From Macrostomum lignano (Eukaryota): a DNA stretch of 64,000 bases. Positions 12,673 to 24,941 of this stretch are shown piece by piece. The notes under the pieces were generated by a model. That model made no database searches, was not told the DNA's origin, and was given only the letters and a program-made list of their open reading frames with translations. The position numbers and the translations under genes were made by a program. Where the stretch lies: assembly GCA_002269645.1 (NCBI GenBank), contig NIVC01001272.1, positions 62,001-126,000 on the forward strand. The letters run 5' to 3'. Within the stretch, counting starts at the first letter, position 1, and each line of letters begins with the position of its first letter.

Positions 12673-13976
12673 TACGAGGGGCGATCAAAAAGTTCTGTCA
12701 CTGCTTAATTTTTTCTGCACACGGGACTTCTCTCTAATTGATTTTAGTTGTTACCATAGACACATCATGTCCCCTACTTAACCATAACTTTTTTGAAGCC
12801 ACTCTTGCTTAACTCAAGAATCTGCAGCATTTCTTCATCACCACCCTTGAGCAACTATGTCAATCTCAAGCGAAGCCATACGTGCCATCATCCATTATGA
12901 GTGGAGGCGTGGCACAGCAGCTAAGGATATTGAAGCCCGCTTGGTGATCAACATGGAGAGTCTGCACCGTCATATCGCACCATATATCATTCGCTGGATT
13001 CACAGTTTTGAAGGAGGCAAAGGGGACTTCGAAGACGAACCTCGCAGTGGCAGACCCAGGACCTCCAACCAGAGTGTTATCGACAGCGTCCAGAGCCTCC
13101 TTGACGAGGACACGCGAGTGACTATTGCTGAGATAGCAGAGGCCTGTGGTATCAGTTATGGCAGCGCGCAGTCCATCCTGACGGTCCAGCTGGGAATGTC
13201 GAAGGTTTGTGCCAGATGGGTGCCGAAACTCCTGACTGCGGAGATGCAGCGCAATCGGATGCAGGCGTGTCAGTACCTGCTCCACCTGATGCAGCACCGC
13301 CAAGATGAGTTTCTCGACTCTATCGTGACAGGCGATGAGTCGATGTTCTCCCTATACGAGCCGGAGACCAAAGCTCAAAGCATGCAGTGGAAGCGCCCCG
13401 ATGAACCCACTCCGATGAAGGCCAAGACGGTGCCATCAATGAAGAAGCGGATGGGCACCATCTTCTGGGATCGGCAAGGGGTGCTGCTAATCGAGTGGCT
13501 GCCTGAGAAGCGGACGGTTACTGGAGACTCTTACGTTGCCACATTGCGCCAGCTGAAGGAAGCAATCAAGGAGAAGAGGCGTGGAAAGGTCACTAGGGGC
13601 ATCCGGCTTCTCCATGACAACCGCCTCGGCGCACACCTGTCACAAGGCGCAGGCTGCTATCCGCGAGCTGGGGTTCGAGCAGCTCCCTCACCCTGCTCAT
13701 TCGCCAGACCTGGCCCCATCGGACTTCTGGCTGTTTCCGGCGCTGAAAAACTCGCTGCGAGGGCGCCACTGGGCTTCTGTGACTGCACTGGCATCCTCGG
13801 TGAACCAGTGGTGCAAACACCAGGATGAAGACTGGTACGCTGCGGGCATTCAGAAGCTACCAGAGCGCTGGGCCAAGTGTGTCACTGCGTGGGAACTTTG
13901 TTGAGAAAGTGCAGGACGATTAACAGTTACATCGTTGTTTGTTTTGTTTCTAGTTAGGAAAGTGACAGAACTTTTT
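12673..13976 (+). mobile_element. Mariner (DD34D) transposon, decayed; right TIR truncated
   Basis: Left end TA-CGAGGGGCGATCAAAAAGTTCTGTCACT; the right end AGTGACAGAACTTTTT (13961-13976) matches only the inner 16 bp. Transposase motifs WVPKLL, TGDE, HDN and HSPDLAPSD; exactly 34 residues between the 2nd and 3rd Asp after correcting one extra C. Confidence 0.95.
12857..13920 (+). pseudogene. Frameshifted mariner transposase
   Basis: ORF 12857..13828 shifts into ORF 13581..13904 at an extra C near 13621-13622 (HDN|ASAHTCHK). Further indels near 12945-12990 and ~13890 are inferred from displaced consensus-like segments (HGESAPSYRTIY; GNFVEK). Confidence 0.9.
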
Positions 13977-14691
13977 CGAGCGAAATGAAACAAAAATCTT
14001 GAGTAAAAACTTTGATAGCCATGCAGCTTTTAGTAAAGAAAATGTCTTAAAAATTAGATCGCTTGTAACTAGCAGCTACAAAAAAGGGTTTTCTAAATTC
14101 CCTAAAAAACGAAACTTAAAAGGTGTCGATCTAGCAGCTACGACAAAAAACTAAGAGCTAAAACAGGAAAAGTTTGCAGCAAATAGTAGCTGTCATCATT
14201 ATAAGAATTAAATATATGCCAGGTGCTTTCACCAAAACGATTAAAACAGTTTCTTGAAAATAGAAATTTTTCTTTGTAGATAGCAAAAATAGCTCCACTA
14301 AGTGCTATAGTAAAGAGTCTAAAAATAATTTAAACTTTAGACATTGATTTACCTGCAACCAAACTTAAAATTAGGAGCATGCAATATTTCAGATAATAAA
14401 AGACTGCTGTAAGCGCTTTTGTTTTTTTCCGGTGTTCTAAATCCACTTTCCTATCCTACAGCAACACCCAACAGCCTTAATTGCTGTCGTAGTACTCACA
14501 GAGGTTACAGACAAGTAATTACGGGATGATGTTAAGAAATCTGTGTGCCCTTTACTTTAGAAAAAAAACTATCATTAACAAAATACGAGTCCTAACAAAG
14601 GTAGCAATTAGAAGTAAAAAAGTAACCCATTTATACAAAAAATAATTGTTTGCTGCAAGCGATAGTAGCTAGCCCGGCAGTTACATGCGGT

Positions 14692-17600
14692 CTAATGCTG
14701 CTGCTGAACTGCAGCCAAGACCTGCTCTAGTTTTGATTCCATGCTCTTCATTCGATGCCTCATTCTCTTTACTTTACCCTCAGTTTTCGCATGAAGCTGC
14801 TTGGTTTCAAATCTGTTCCGTTCGCTTTCCTGTAGGAGTAGGCGTACTTGCTGCTTCACGTCAACTGGGCCCTCGGAAGTCTGACCCCTCTCATTTCCTT
14901 CAGGCTTTGCATTCGTCGAATTATCATGCTTGTGGTAGTGTTCCTCTCCTTGGTGCTTTAAATCTTCAAGCATTTCTTGAACCTCCAATTTCAACTCCGA
15001 CAGCTCGTTTGCTGTGTGCGCCTTTGCCACGTCGAAGTCGTTTCTGTTCCACTGGGTGTCCCGTAGCAGGCGGGAGCGGCAGCGACGGAATTGAATCGCC
15101 TGGAACTCCAGAAACCGGTTGTAGTCTGGCGGGTAGAGCGACTTGTCTTGCCACCAATTCGCACCGTTTACCTGAAACGTTAAAAAAAATTATTCGCTGT
15201 CACGATTTTTAGGGCGAAGTACGATTATAAGCCTTACCTGGTCGTTGTCACTTCGTCTCTCAGAGTCAGTGGCGCCAGAGTCAGTGGCGCCAGAGTCACC
15301 GGCGCCAGAGTCATCGACTGCATTTTGGTTGATACTGCAACTTCGCGATCTGCAGCTTTCGCAAAATTTCTTCCCAACGTACCTGTAGTGTGAGCATCTT
15401 TTGCGATAGCCTTGTATTCTATAAGTTAGGTTTTGCATTATTGTTATTGAATTGTTATTTTGCTTTAGTTTAGTCATACGTTTTTGGTGTACTTTTTCCT
15501 TGTTAGTTAGAATCAATTTTGCGTGAACAGGTTAGAGTTAGACGCTATTTGTGACTCAGCGGAGGGTTGAGTTTGTCTGCGAACCCCAGCTTTGCGCGGT
15601 CAGCCAATCAGAACCGGCCTGGACCCTGGCACGCGGCAAGTTTCAATTTTACCCGGCGCCGCGGGCACAGTGCAATTCGGCTTAAGCGAGCGGCCGACCA
15701 GACGACCACCACCCGGCTTGAGGGGGTTTTGAGGGGTTGTGACTCTGACTATATATGAAAGTGTGTTTTGGCAATCGGATCTCGCTTGCTCCCTTTCCCC
15801 GGTTTTGTCTTGTCCAGTTCCCGGCCGGTGGCCCGATTTCTCCTCTCTTGTTGGTTCGCGCTTTGAGGCGCCTGAATTCTTCACCCCCGGTCCATTTTTT
15901 TGTTCCCGCCCAACCGCAGTAGTCTTGTGGCGTAACGTCTACGGCAAATTTCTGTCTGAAGTCGTCGCTATCAAGCGCGGTTAGATAGAGACTGTCGGAT
16001 CTGATCAAGTACGCGGCCTCGACCCCGAGGGCCCCAGTGTTACACTGAAGGGCAGTGCCGATAGAACTTAGTCGGTACTCCGTTGAACGGTCGGTTCGGC
16101 AGTGCTCTCGTTTGAGAGTAGGTTCTGGCTTAGGCCAGGGGTTAGGAGTCTTCTCCGTGGTCCTGTGTTCGGTGCCTCCTTCTTCTTCAGCTGAGATCCG
16201 CTTGTCAGTGCGTATGTAATCATTATTTATTAACCGTTGTTGTCGTTTTGTCAACTCTAGTTATCTGCGCCGTTTGTCTAAATCTTGTAACTCAGCTAAT
16301 CAAATTAAACCGTCAATCAAGTTAGTTATTCTTGAAATAGGATTATCACTCTCTAAATCTTTCGGTTTGTGTTTCCTCGTGTTCTTTATTTTCTTGTACT
16401 GTATCTGCGGCTATTGGAGAAGACTGGTAGAACTCGCCGACCGGCGATAGGCGATTAGGATTAATAGCTTTAAAATCTCTGACGCTCCAAGTAGGTTTGT
16501 CTAGGGCCTAAATAATTGCTCACCGTGCATGCTATTATCTAATTGCCTATTTATCACATACCGCAGAAAATAGTGCAAGTTCACCAGAAAAGAGAAAGGC
16601 GGTGGAATTGTAGGCAACTTATTGTACTCCTTCAGCATTTTAAAGAATTTCTTTCTCCAAATCCCGGTGGCTACGCCGTAAATTTGAGTGACTCGCAAAT
16701 TGAAGAGCGCGATCAGCAGGTTCATCATCACCACATTCACCAGGCCCATAAAAATGAATATTAGCAAGTAGTAGAACCACTCATATCCTTGTTTGATGGC
16801 GACTTCTCCGAGTTTTGTGCTGTTTGGAGAGGAACTGAGCTTGATTTGATCAAAGTTGCTAAACAGCAAGTTAAACGACAGGGTTGCAGCCTGAATGAAG
16901 ACTTCCCAACCGTAGTACGCATTGCCAACGTGAGCTGTGGGGGCCCAGGCAAAGGAAAACAACAGGCACGTGAAAAATACTCCAAAACAGCAAACAATCA
17001 CAAGCAGAATTGTCAGAAAAGGCAACAAGTCGAAATAAATCAGTCTCCCCAGCATGCTGATCATTGGCCCGACGCTCTCAAAGTAGCTCAAAAACGTCAC
17101 GGAGCGAAAGCAGAAAAGCACAAAGGACGTGCTTAGGACCATTTGACTTGGATAGGCTTCCTCCAATTTTAGACCATTACCGTAGTAGATCCATCTTGTT
17201 ACCAGGCCAAGAAATAGAAAAAGAATAGCTAAAACATCAAAAACATTATTGCAGTCAGCTATGTATGCGGGAATTCGTAGCACGTATTTACCAATTCGGA
17301 CTGCCTCTTTTGAAGATCTTAGTCTCCAGCTTTCAGCTATTTCTTGTGAGGCGAACGATAGAAAATAGGCTACTAAAATAGCATCCACCGCAGGCAGTGG
17401 AAAGGTAATCTGAAAGTTCAGAATGTACCAGCCGAAGAAACCAAGGAACCCAACGAAAGCTGTGGTATGGGTCCAAAACTTTGCTCTTGGAGAGTTAATA
17501 TGGGAAATTTTTGGCCTGCACGGCAGGCAGTGATAATTGCCGCAACATTCTGAGCACAAAGAATGGGGATCTCTCCACTCATCTCTCGTCAGCGAGTAGA

Positions 17601-20600
17601 TGCAGTCGGTGGCAAACAGATCTGGGCTATCGGCTTCTTCTACTAGATCGAGAACGCTTCCGTATTTTATCTCTCTTATGTTCTCACCGGACACTGCGTA
17701 CGGAAATTGTGGTCCAGAACAGTTCTTACTGCCTTCTTTGTTATTTTCTTGGTTGCTGCCGCCTGCAATAGTCATTTTTCCCTTTATATATCTGAACAAC
17801 AGCTTGAGCTCCGATGGGCTAGCGTTGACAAAAAGTTCATTCAGTGCGTTCATTGCGATGTTTGTGACTTTCTTCTGCAGTTGCAGCAACTGCTCATGCT
17901 TGCCTTTTGCCTTAGCTCTCATCCTATTTATTTCAGGGCCCAGCTGGATGAGCAAACTGAGGCAGCACGGAATCAGCTCAAACTGTCTAGTCAGAATTAG
18001 CTCAGGCAGGATTTCGTCGCGGTCAAAAAATGCGGCCAAGTCTAGAAGTGCCAGCTCTGAAGTGTTATCAACATGAGTCATTCGCTTGAACATGTTATGC
18101 CGAAGAAAACTTCTTCGGATACTTTCTTCATTATCCAGTGTGCTGATGAAATGCTTCGTGAAGAATGCTTCTGTCTCCTGTGTTATCATGTTTAGGCTGA
18201 GTGCTGCACGAAATATCTTTCTGGAGTCCATTTCCAGCGCTCTGATCAGAATCATTCTGTCTGTCTTTTGCTTCTTCGTACCCGAGTTTACAGATGTAGT
18301 TCCGTAGTCATTCGTGATAGTCACGAGAGTGTTTTGTGCCGCTTGCCTGTCAGGGAGCTTTAGTGCTCGTTGTGGTGGATCTAGAAGGCGCCAAATGTCT
18401 GTCATTTTGATCTCCTTGAGATCTTTGTCCGTGATCTGGGAGTTTTCGCTGGCACTGTTCTTTAATTTTTTATTGTACTCCTTAACAGCTTGAATAAGAT
18501 CATCGAAATTTCCGTTCTCAAAAGCTAAGTCAACGCATGATTTTTCTGACTGGGACTTGGACCAAAGCGTTAAATTGTTCTCAAGTAGAAACACAATATT
18601 TTGCCGATGGCCGGATGCGCAGGCAAAGTGCAAGCACGTATCTGCATCCTCAACGTTTTCGCAGGAGCGTGGCTTCACTTTTGACTTGATAAGGCTGCAT
18701 TTGTCCTTGGTATTCAATAGAATCTTCATAGAACCAAGCATTACCTGCAGATTGTATTGGCCTGAGAACGTGTGAATTAGGTGAGCACCTGTTTTTGAAT
18801 TGACTAAAATTTTTTTAAAGATCGTAGCAGCCTCATCGTCGGACGGAATCTTCTCTAACAGCTTGCATAGAACTGAAGTGTCTAGTTTTGTTGCGTGCAG
18901 GCAGTTCAAGTTGAGATTGTTTAGAGCCTCTGCGTTTACATTCTTACTAACAAGCAGTTTGAATCGATCCAAAATCAATTTCGCGTTTTTGTCATTCTTC
19001 AGAGTTGGCTCTGTTGAGCCAATTGCTGCTTTCATTTTTGTCTTCATCAGCGAATGCAGCAAAGTATTTCCTGCTGCGTCTGTGCGCTGGAGCTCCTCTT
19101 CTGGCATTTTGTTAATCAGGTGCTCCATAGTAAATCGTTGGGAATGCGAAACTTGGACAATCGGCTCTTCTTGATCCATTAGGTCGATTGCTAGATGAAG
19201 CACTGACTGATTTTTGTTGTTTCTCTTCCGCAGAATCTTTGAAGCTTCATTCGTCGCAAGTACTCCATATTGTTCAAACAGAATGCGAAAGAGCTCACTT
19301 TTGTCCTGCCTTTTGGCACCGATGTGGAAAATCGTGTTGCCCGATTTATCGGCTATGAGAAGACCGCCGATTTGTTTTAAATGTTTATGAAGCAGCTCAT
19401 TGACAGTTTGTAACTGACAGTTTTCGACAGCGTAATGTAAAACAGTTGATTTTTGTTTGTTTTGAACAAGCAGACATCCTGGATCGTTGGATATTTCAGC
19501 TTTTTTATCCGTTTGCTGGCTGAACTGACCACTCCATTCACTCCATCGCTGCATGCGAGATGCACTTTTCAGACGTATTGTTTCTAAGATGGGTTTATTA
19601 CTTGGCTCATCTGCATTTTTCTGACGCTTTGCTGCTACAACCCCTACAGCCTCAAGGAGTACATCATCTTGATCAGAGCACTGAGCAATAGCGTGCAGAC
19701 ACGTGTCGCCCTGTTTGTCTCTCAACTCGTACCAACTTGGCACCCCTGACGACGCTTTTTTAATTAACTTGTGAGCCCTTTCCTTGCTGCATTTTTTAAG
19801 GGCCACATGTAGAACTGTTTCTCCATTTTTGTTGGCGGACTTTAGCTTGGCAGCATCTAAATTCATTTGTGTTTCTAAATGGCCAAGGGCATCGGCGGAA
19901 TTTCTGGCAGCAAAATGGGCCACACCGTTGCCGTCGACATCTTTGTCCGTCAGCAAGTCACTGGCATTTTTAATGCCATCGATGATTTCCTGGAGAACAC
20001 CTTCGTCTCGGCAGTGCTCTATCACTTTATGCAACACAGTCTCATTTCTATTGTTTTTCCACTTCCAGCACATGGTGGAGGATTTTTCATTTATCTTGAG
20101 AATCGTTTTTGGGTATACCGAGTTTTTGGCAGCCCAGTGAGCACACGTGTCTCCATTTGAGTCTTTGAGACGCAATAGACTGAATGATTTTTGTGACTTG
20201 ATTAATTCTGTGAAGTTTTGATCCCAAGACTCGGCGGAATGGTAGCGGGCCGATAGTTGTAGAGGTGTTATTTTGTCCTCGTCTGGAGTTGTTAGACAGT
20301 TTGGCCCGAACTGCTTAACTATTTCAGTGAGCAAACTTTCCCCATCCCTATGCTTGGCGGCATAGTGAGCAGCGGTCCTGAGGTGGTCATCTTGAAACTC
20401 CAGAAGTTTCAGTCCTGGAGTTTGGAGTCCTGGATATCGGAATTCTGGAGTCCTGGATATCGTAATAAAATCAAGAGCCGTCTCGAATTTTTTTTTGCTT
20501 GCGTACAGAAGCAATTCTTCGCTTGGATCGGCACTGATCTCATCTTCGTCGCTATCATCGTAATCACTAGCCACTTGGTCAGCTTCCGCTTGATTCTCCA

Positions 20601-20601
20601 T
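14692..20601 (-). CDS. Ankyrin-repeat TRP-family cation channel with TRPM-type membrane region, TRP domain and C-terminal coiled coil (~1566 aa, 3 coding exons)
   Basis: Exons 20601-16562, 15418-15238, 15171-14692 join in frame by GT-AG (4701 nt). About 13-15 ankyrin repeats (GDTCAHWAAK, NETVLH, GNTLLH, DTCLHFACASGH), six hydrophobic segments, and NLLIALF...WRKKFFKMLKEYNKLPTIPPPF aligning with the TRPM S6/TRP box. Confidence 0.8.
15550..16348 (+). mobile_element. Possible solo-LTR-like or other repetitive insert in the channel intron (antisense to the gene)
   Basis: GC-richer block starting TGTGA and ending TATCA, containing CCAAT (15604-15608), TATATATGAAA (15750-15760) and ATTAAA (16304-16309). 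No TSD found; boundaries uncertain. Confidence 0.3.
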
Positions 20602-21169
20602 CGTCCGGAAGCTTTGATAGCCTGGCGCGGCAGATCTAACCTGAGAATTAGCGATTGGATTTCTTAAAATATAATTTCATGTCATTACAAATTTTAGCAA
20701 CCACAGTAATGACTGGTAAGGTACAAGAGTCATTCTAAAAGTCCTTTGTATTGGTTTTTAATTCTAAGGTAAAAGTATTTTGGTTTTACCTATCAATGTA
20801 TGTACACAATTTTTGTGTACCACCTGGCACAAGCCTTAATTGGTATATTTAACATCCAAGAAGAAGTCTTTGTGTTTGTGTCTATGGAACTCAATGAAGT
20901 GAGCTTTGGCAATGTCCTTTTTAGGACTGATCTTAGAATTTAATTTTAAGCGTAATTCAATAAAATTTTATGTATTTTATTTCTAGACGGGACCATGAAA
21001 TCAACTACATCCCGCTGGCTGTGTAACAATGTCGCTTAAAGTGCGCCAGATGTGCACACAGCCCCTGCTTCGAATACTAAGTTAGAACTGCGCTGATTCA
21101 TGCTTGGGTTTAAATATTTTAATGCGCCCAGATTTGTTGTTTAAGGTCCAATATTTGGCTTCGCATTGT

Positions 21170-21285
21170 TTAGGTAGTTTAATTTAGGTTAGGTTAGGCT
21201 TAGTTTACGTTAGATTAAGGTTGGGTTAGGCTATGTTAGGGTTTAGATTAGATTTAGGGTTTAGGTTAGGTTTAGGTTGTTGGCT
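21170..21285 (+). repeat. Degenerate TTAGG/TTAGGG cluster
   Basis: TTAGGTTAGGTTAGGCTTAG...GTTAGGGTTTAGATTAGATTTAGGGTTTAGGTTAGG visible. Confidence 0.7.
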
Positions 21286-22067
21286 ATTGTTGGCACTTGG
21301 AAGTCAATTCACCTGGACCTTATCAATCTGGAGTGCCATCCTAAGACAGCTTTTTATATCAATGTGTCTATCGTAATTTGTCTCAATTTTTTTTTCATTT
21401 CTGCGTCTGAAGCAGCCTGAATTCGATGATGCACTCGCGAAGAAGTTGCAACTAATCAGTTGTACACCGAATTCAGGAACTTTTGCTCATCCATGGGGAT
21501 TGGAGCTTCAAAAGGCTTTTTGTGTATAAATTTAAAAAAAAATATTTTCCTTAGTTAAAAAAACGCTAATTTTGCTGCTAATAAGTAAGCTGATGAGAAA
21601 ATTTACCGCGAGTTTTGAATTGGGTTCTTGTTGGCAAAGTCAAGTATCCTAGCGGTTGTGTGCCGATCTAAAAAAGTTGAGGTAAGTGTGGTCACTGATT
21701 GAATATTTGTTAATTCATTGTTACTTATTGTGGCAATTCTAATTTATTTTTTGTAATTAATTTTGTACTTTTGTACTTTGTTTGATAGAAACATGGAACT
21801 CGCCTATTTAGTGTTTAACACTCTTAGTATAGTACGTCTGTCTTTAGTATAGTACGAGCGTACCTCCTTTATCATAAAGAGTTTGTTCGCAGGGGAGGTT
21901 ATGACCACAAATCAAGGTGCGGAGACAGTTTAACGTGACAAGTTGTTCTTCCTATGCATACAATACATCAATGTAATTCAGCAGGCGCACTCAAAGCAGA
22001 ATATACAACAGTCATAACTTTTGAATCATCAAGCATCGCAAATACTTTGCACTGTGTGGCTTCTCTT

Positions 22068-23501
22068 TGAACTGAGTTAAGGATTGGAATGGATTAAAGA
22101 TTAAGCTGGATTAAGAACTGAACAGGATTAAGGATTTGACTGGATTATGGATTTGACAGGATTAATGATTTGAGAGGATTAAGGATCTTACTGGATTAAG
22201 GATTGAACTAGATTGAGGATTTGACTGGATTAAGAATTGGGCTGGATTAAGGATTGAACTGGATTAAGGATTGAACTGGATTAAGGATTTGACCGGATTA
22301 AGGATTGAACTGGATTAAGAATTGGGCTGGATTAAGGATTGAACTGGATTAAGGATTGAACTGGATTAAGGATTGGAATGGATTAAGGATTAAACTGGAT
22401 TAAGGATTGAACTGGATTAAGAATTGAACTGGATTAAGAATTGAACTGGATTAAGAATTGAACTGGATTAAGGATTTGACTGGATTAAGGATTGAACTGG
22501 ATTAAGGATTGAACTGGATTAAGGATTGAACTGGATTAAGGATTGAACTGGATTAAGAATTGAACTGGATTAAGGATTGAACTGGATTAAGGATTGAACT
22601 GGATTAAGGATTGAACTGGATTAAGAAATGAACTGGATTAAGAATTGAACTGGATTAAGAATTGAACTGGATTAAGGATTGAACTGGATTAAGAATTTGA
22701 CTGGATTAAGGATTGAACTGGATTAAGGATTGAACTGGATTAAGGATTGAACTGGATTAAGGATTGAACTGGATTAAGAATTGAACTGGATTAAGGATTG
22801 AACTGGATTAAGGATTGAACTGGATTAAGGATTGGAATGGATTAAGGATTAAACTGGATTAAGGATTGAACTGGATTAAGAATTGAACTGGATTAAGAAA
22901 TGAAATGGATTAAGGATTGAACTGGATTAAGGATTGAACTGGATTAAGGATTGAACTGGATTAAGGATTGAACTGGATTAAGGATTGAACTGGATTAAGG
23001 ATTGAACTGGATTAAGGATTGGAATGGATTAAGGATTAAACTGGATTAAGGATTGAACTGGATTAAGGATTGAACTGGATTAAGGATTTGACTGGATAAA
23101 GGATTTGACTGGATAAAGGATTGGAATGGATTAATGATTTGACTGGATTAAGGATTTGACTGGATAAAGGATTGAACTGGATTAAGGATTTGACTAGATA
23201 AAGGATTGGAATGGATTAATGATTTGACTGGAATAAGGATTGGTCTGGATTAAAGATTAAGCTGGATTAAGAATTGGGCTGGATTAAGGATTGAACTGGA
23301 TTAAGGATTGAACTGGATTAAGGATTTGACCGGATTAAGGATTGAACTGGATTAAGAATTGGGCTGGATTAAGGATTGAACTGGATTAAGGATTGAACTG
23401 GATTAAGGATTGAACTGGATTAAGAATTGGGCTGGATTAAGGATTGAACTGGATTAAGGATTGAACTGGATTAAGGATTTGACCGGATTAAGGATTGAAC
23501 T
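22068..23501 (+). repeat. 17-bp minisatellite (GGATTAAGGATTGAACT)n, roughly 80 copies
   Basis: Directly visible; homogeneous centre, degenerate edges. Confidence 0.97.
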
Positions 23502-24127
23502 GTGATCTATACCATACCATAAGTCTGCGTTATCATAATATTTAATCAAAAGCTGTGAAGGCTTCATGCAACTTACAGAATTTTTAGAATGTCGGAAGAC
23601 TCAACAAAGTTCAATTTCTAATTTTCAGCGCCTGAAGTGAGAATCTTTCTGGTTTACTGTCTTTATCAAGTCAGAGCAGCCTTCGCATTACATCTACTGT
23701 ATATAGCTGAGTGAAAATGAAACTCATATTCTGCCTCTGGGCGACTTAACCCCCAACCCACCACCTCATCTTTTAAGTGGAGTTAGAGTGCAATGAAATT
23801 CATTCTTCGCTGCTGAGTTATTTTTATAATACGAAACTGGACTAAATTTTTAGTCGCGGGTGCAAGACTTTGCGCTTCGGTGCTGTAATGCGGGCTCTGC
23901 TCAGATTTCTATCTTCTCTTCATTTTTCTATGAGAATTAGTCTTAATTCTAAACAGCTCTATCTCTTTTCATGCTTCAGTGCTCTAGACGTTTCTATACA
24001 GAGTGCCTGCTTGGATTAGAAACTGTGTAGGCGTTCACTGCAGTGCTTTTTTGTCTAATTGTGTGTGTACATGTATATTTATAAAGTTTGCGAGTCCGCT
24101 TCTGAGTTCTTTTAAGATAAGCACTGC

Positions 24128-24908
24128 TGATCTGTCTGTCTGCCTGTCTGTCTGTCTGCCTGCCTGTCTGTTTGTCTGTCTGTCTGTTTGTCTGTCTGTC
24201 TGCCTGTCTGTCTGTTTGTCTGTCTGTCTGTTTGTCTGTCTGTCTGCCTGTCTGTCTGCCTGTCTGCCTGTCTGTCTGTCTGCCTGTTTGTCTGCCAGTC
24301 TGTCTGTCTGTCTGTCTGTCTGCCTGTCTGCCTGTCTGTCTGCCAGTCTGTCTGTCTGCCTGTCTGTCTGTTTGTCTGTCTGTCTGTTTGTCTGTCTGTC
24401 TGCCTGTCTGTCTGCCTGTCTGCCTGTCTGTCTGTCTGCCTGTTTGTCTGCCAGTCTGTCTGTCTGCCTGTCTGTCTGCCTGTCTGCCTGTCTGTCTGCC
24501 AGTCTGTCTGTCTGCCTGTCTGTCTGTCTGTCTGCCTGTCTGTCTGTCTGCCTGCCTTAGTGTCTGTCTGTCTGTCTGCCTGCCTGCCTGTCTGTCTGTC
24601 TGCCTTAGTGTCTGTCTGTCTGTCTGTCTGCCTGCCTGTCTGTCTGCCTGTCTGCCTGTCTGTCTGTCTGCCTGTTTGTCTGCCAGTCTTTCTGTCTGTC
24701 TGTCTGTCTGTCTGCCTGTCTGCCTGTCTGTCTGCCAGTCTGTCTGTCTGCCTGTCTGTCTGTTTGTCTGTCTGTCTGTTTGTCTGTCTGTCTGCCTGTC
24801 TGTCTGCCTGTCTGCCTGTCTGTCTGTCTGCCTGTTTGTCTGCCAGTCTGTCTGTCTGCCTGTCTGTCTGCCTGTCTGCCTGTCTGTCTGCCAGTCTGTC
24901 TGTCTGCC

Positions 24909-24941
<33 letters not shown>

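Noticed and set aside
16501-16561. Channel ending at the ORF-track stop (…HGEQLFRP*)
   Set aside because: A phase-2 donor at 16561 joins two further exons that supply the post-TRP helix and coiled coil, so this tail is intron read-through.
16501-17500. Calling the channel TRPA1 or TRPN/NompC because of its ankyrins
   Set aside because: S6/TRP-domain and pre-S1 sequence fit TRPM better than TRPA, and the repeat count is well below the ~29 of TRPN; no symbol assigned.
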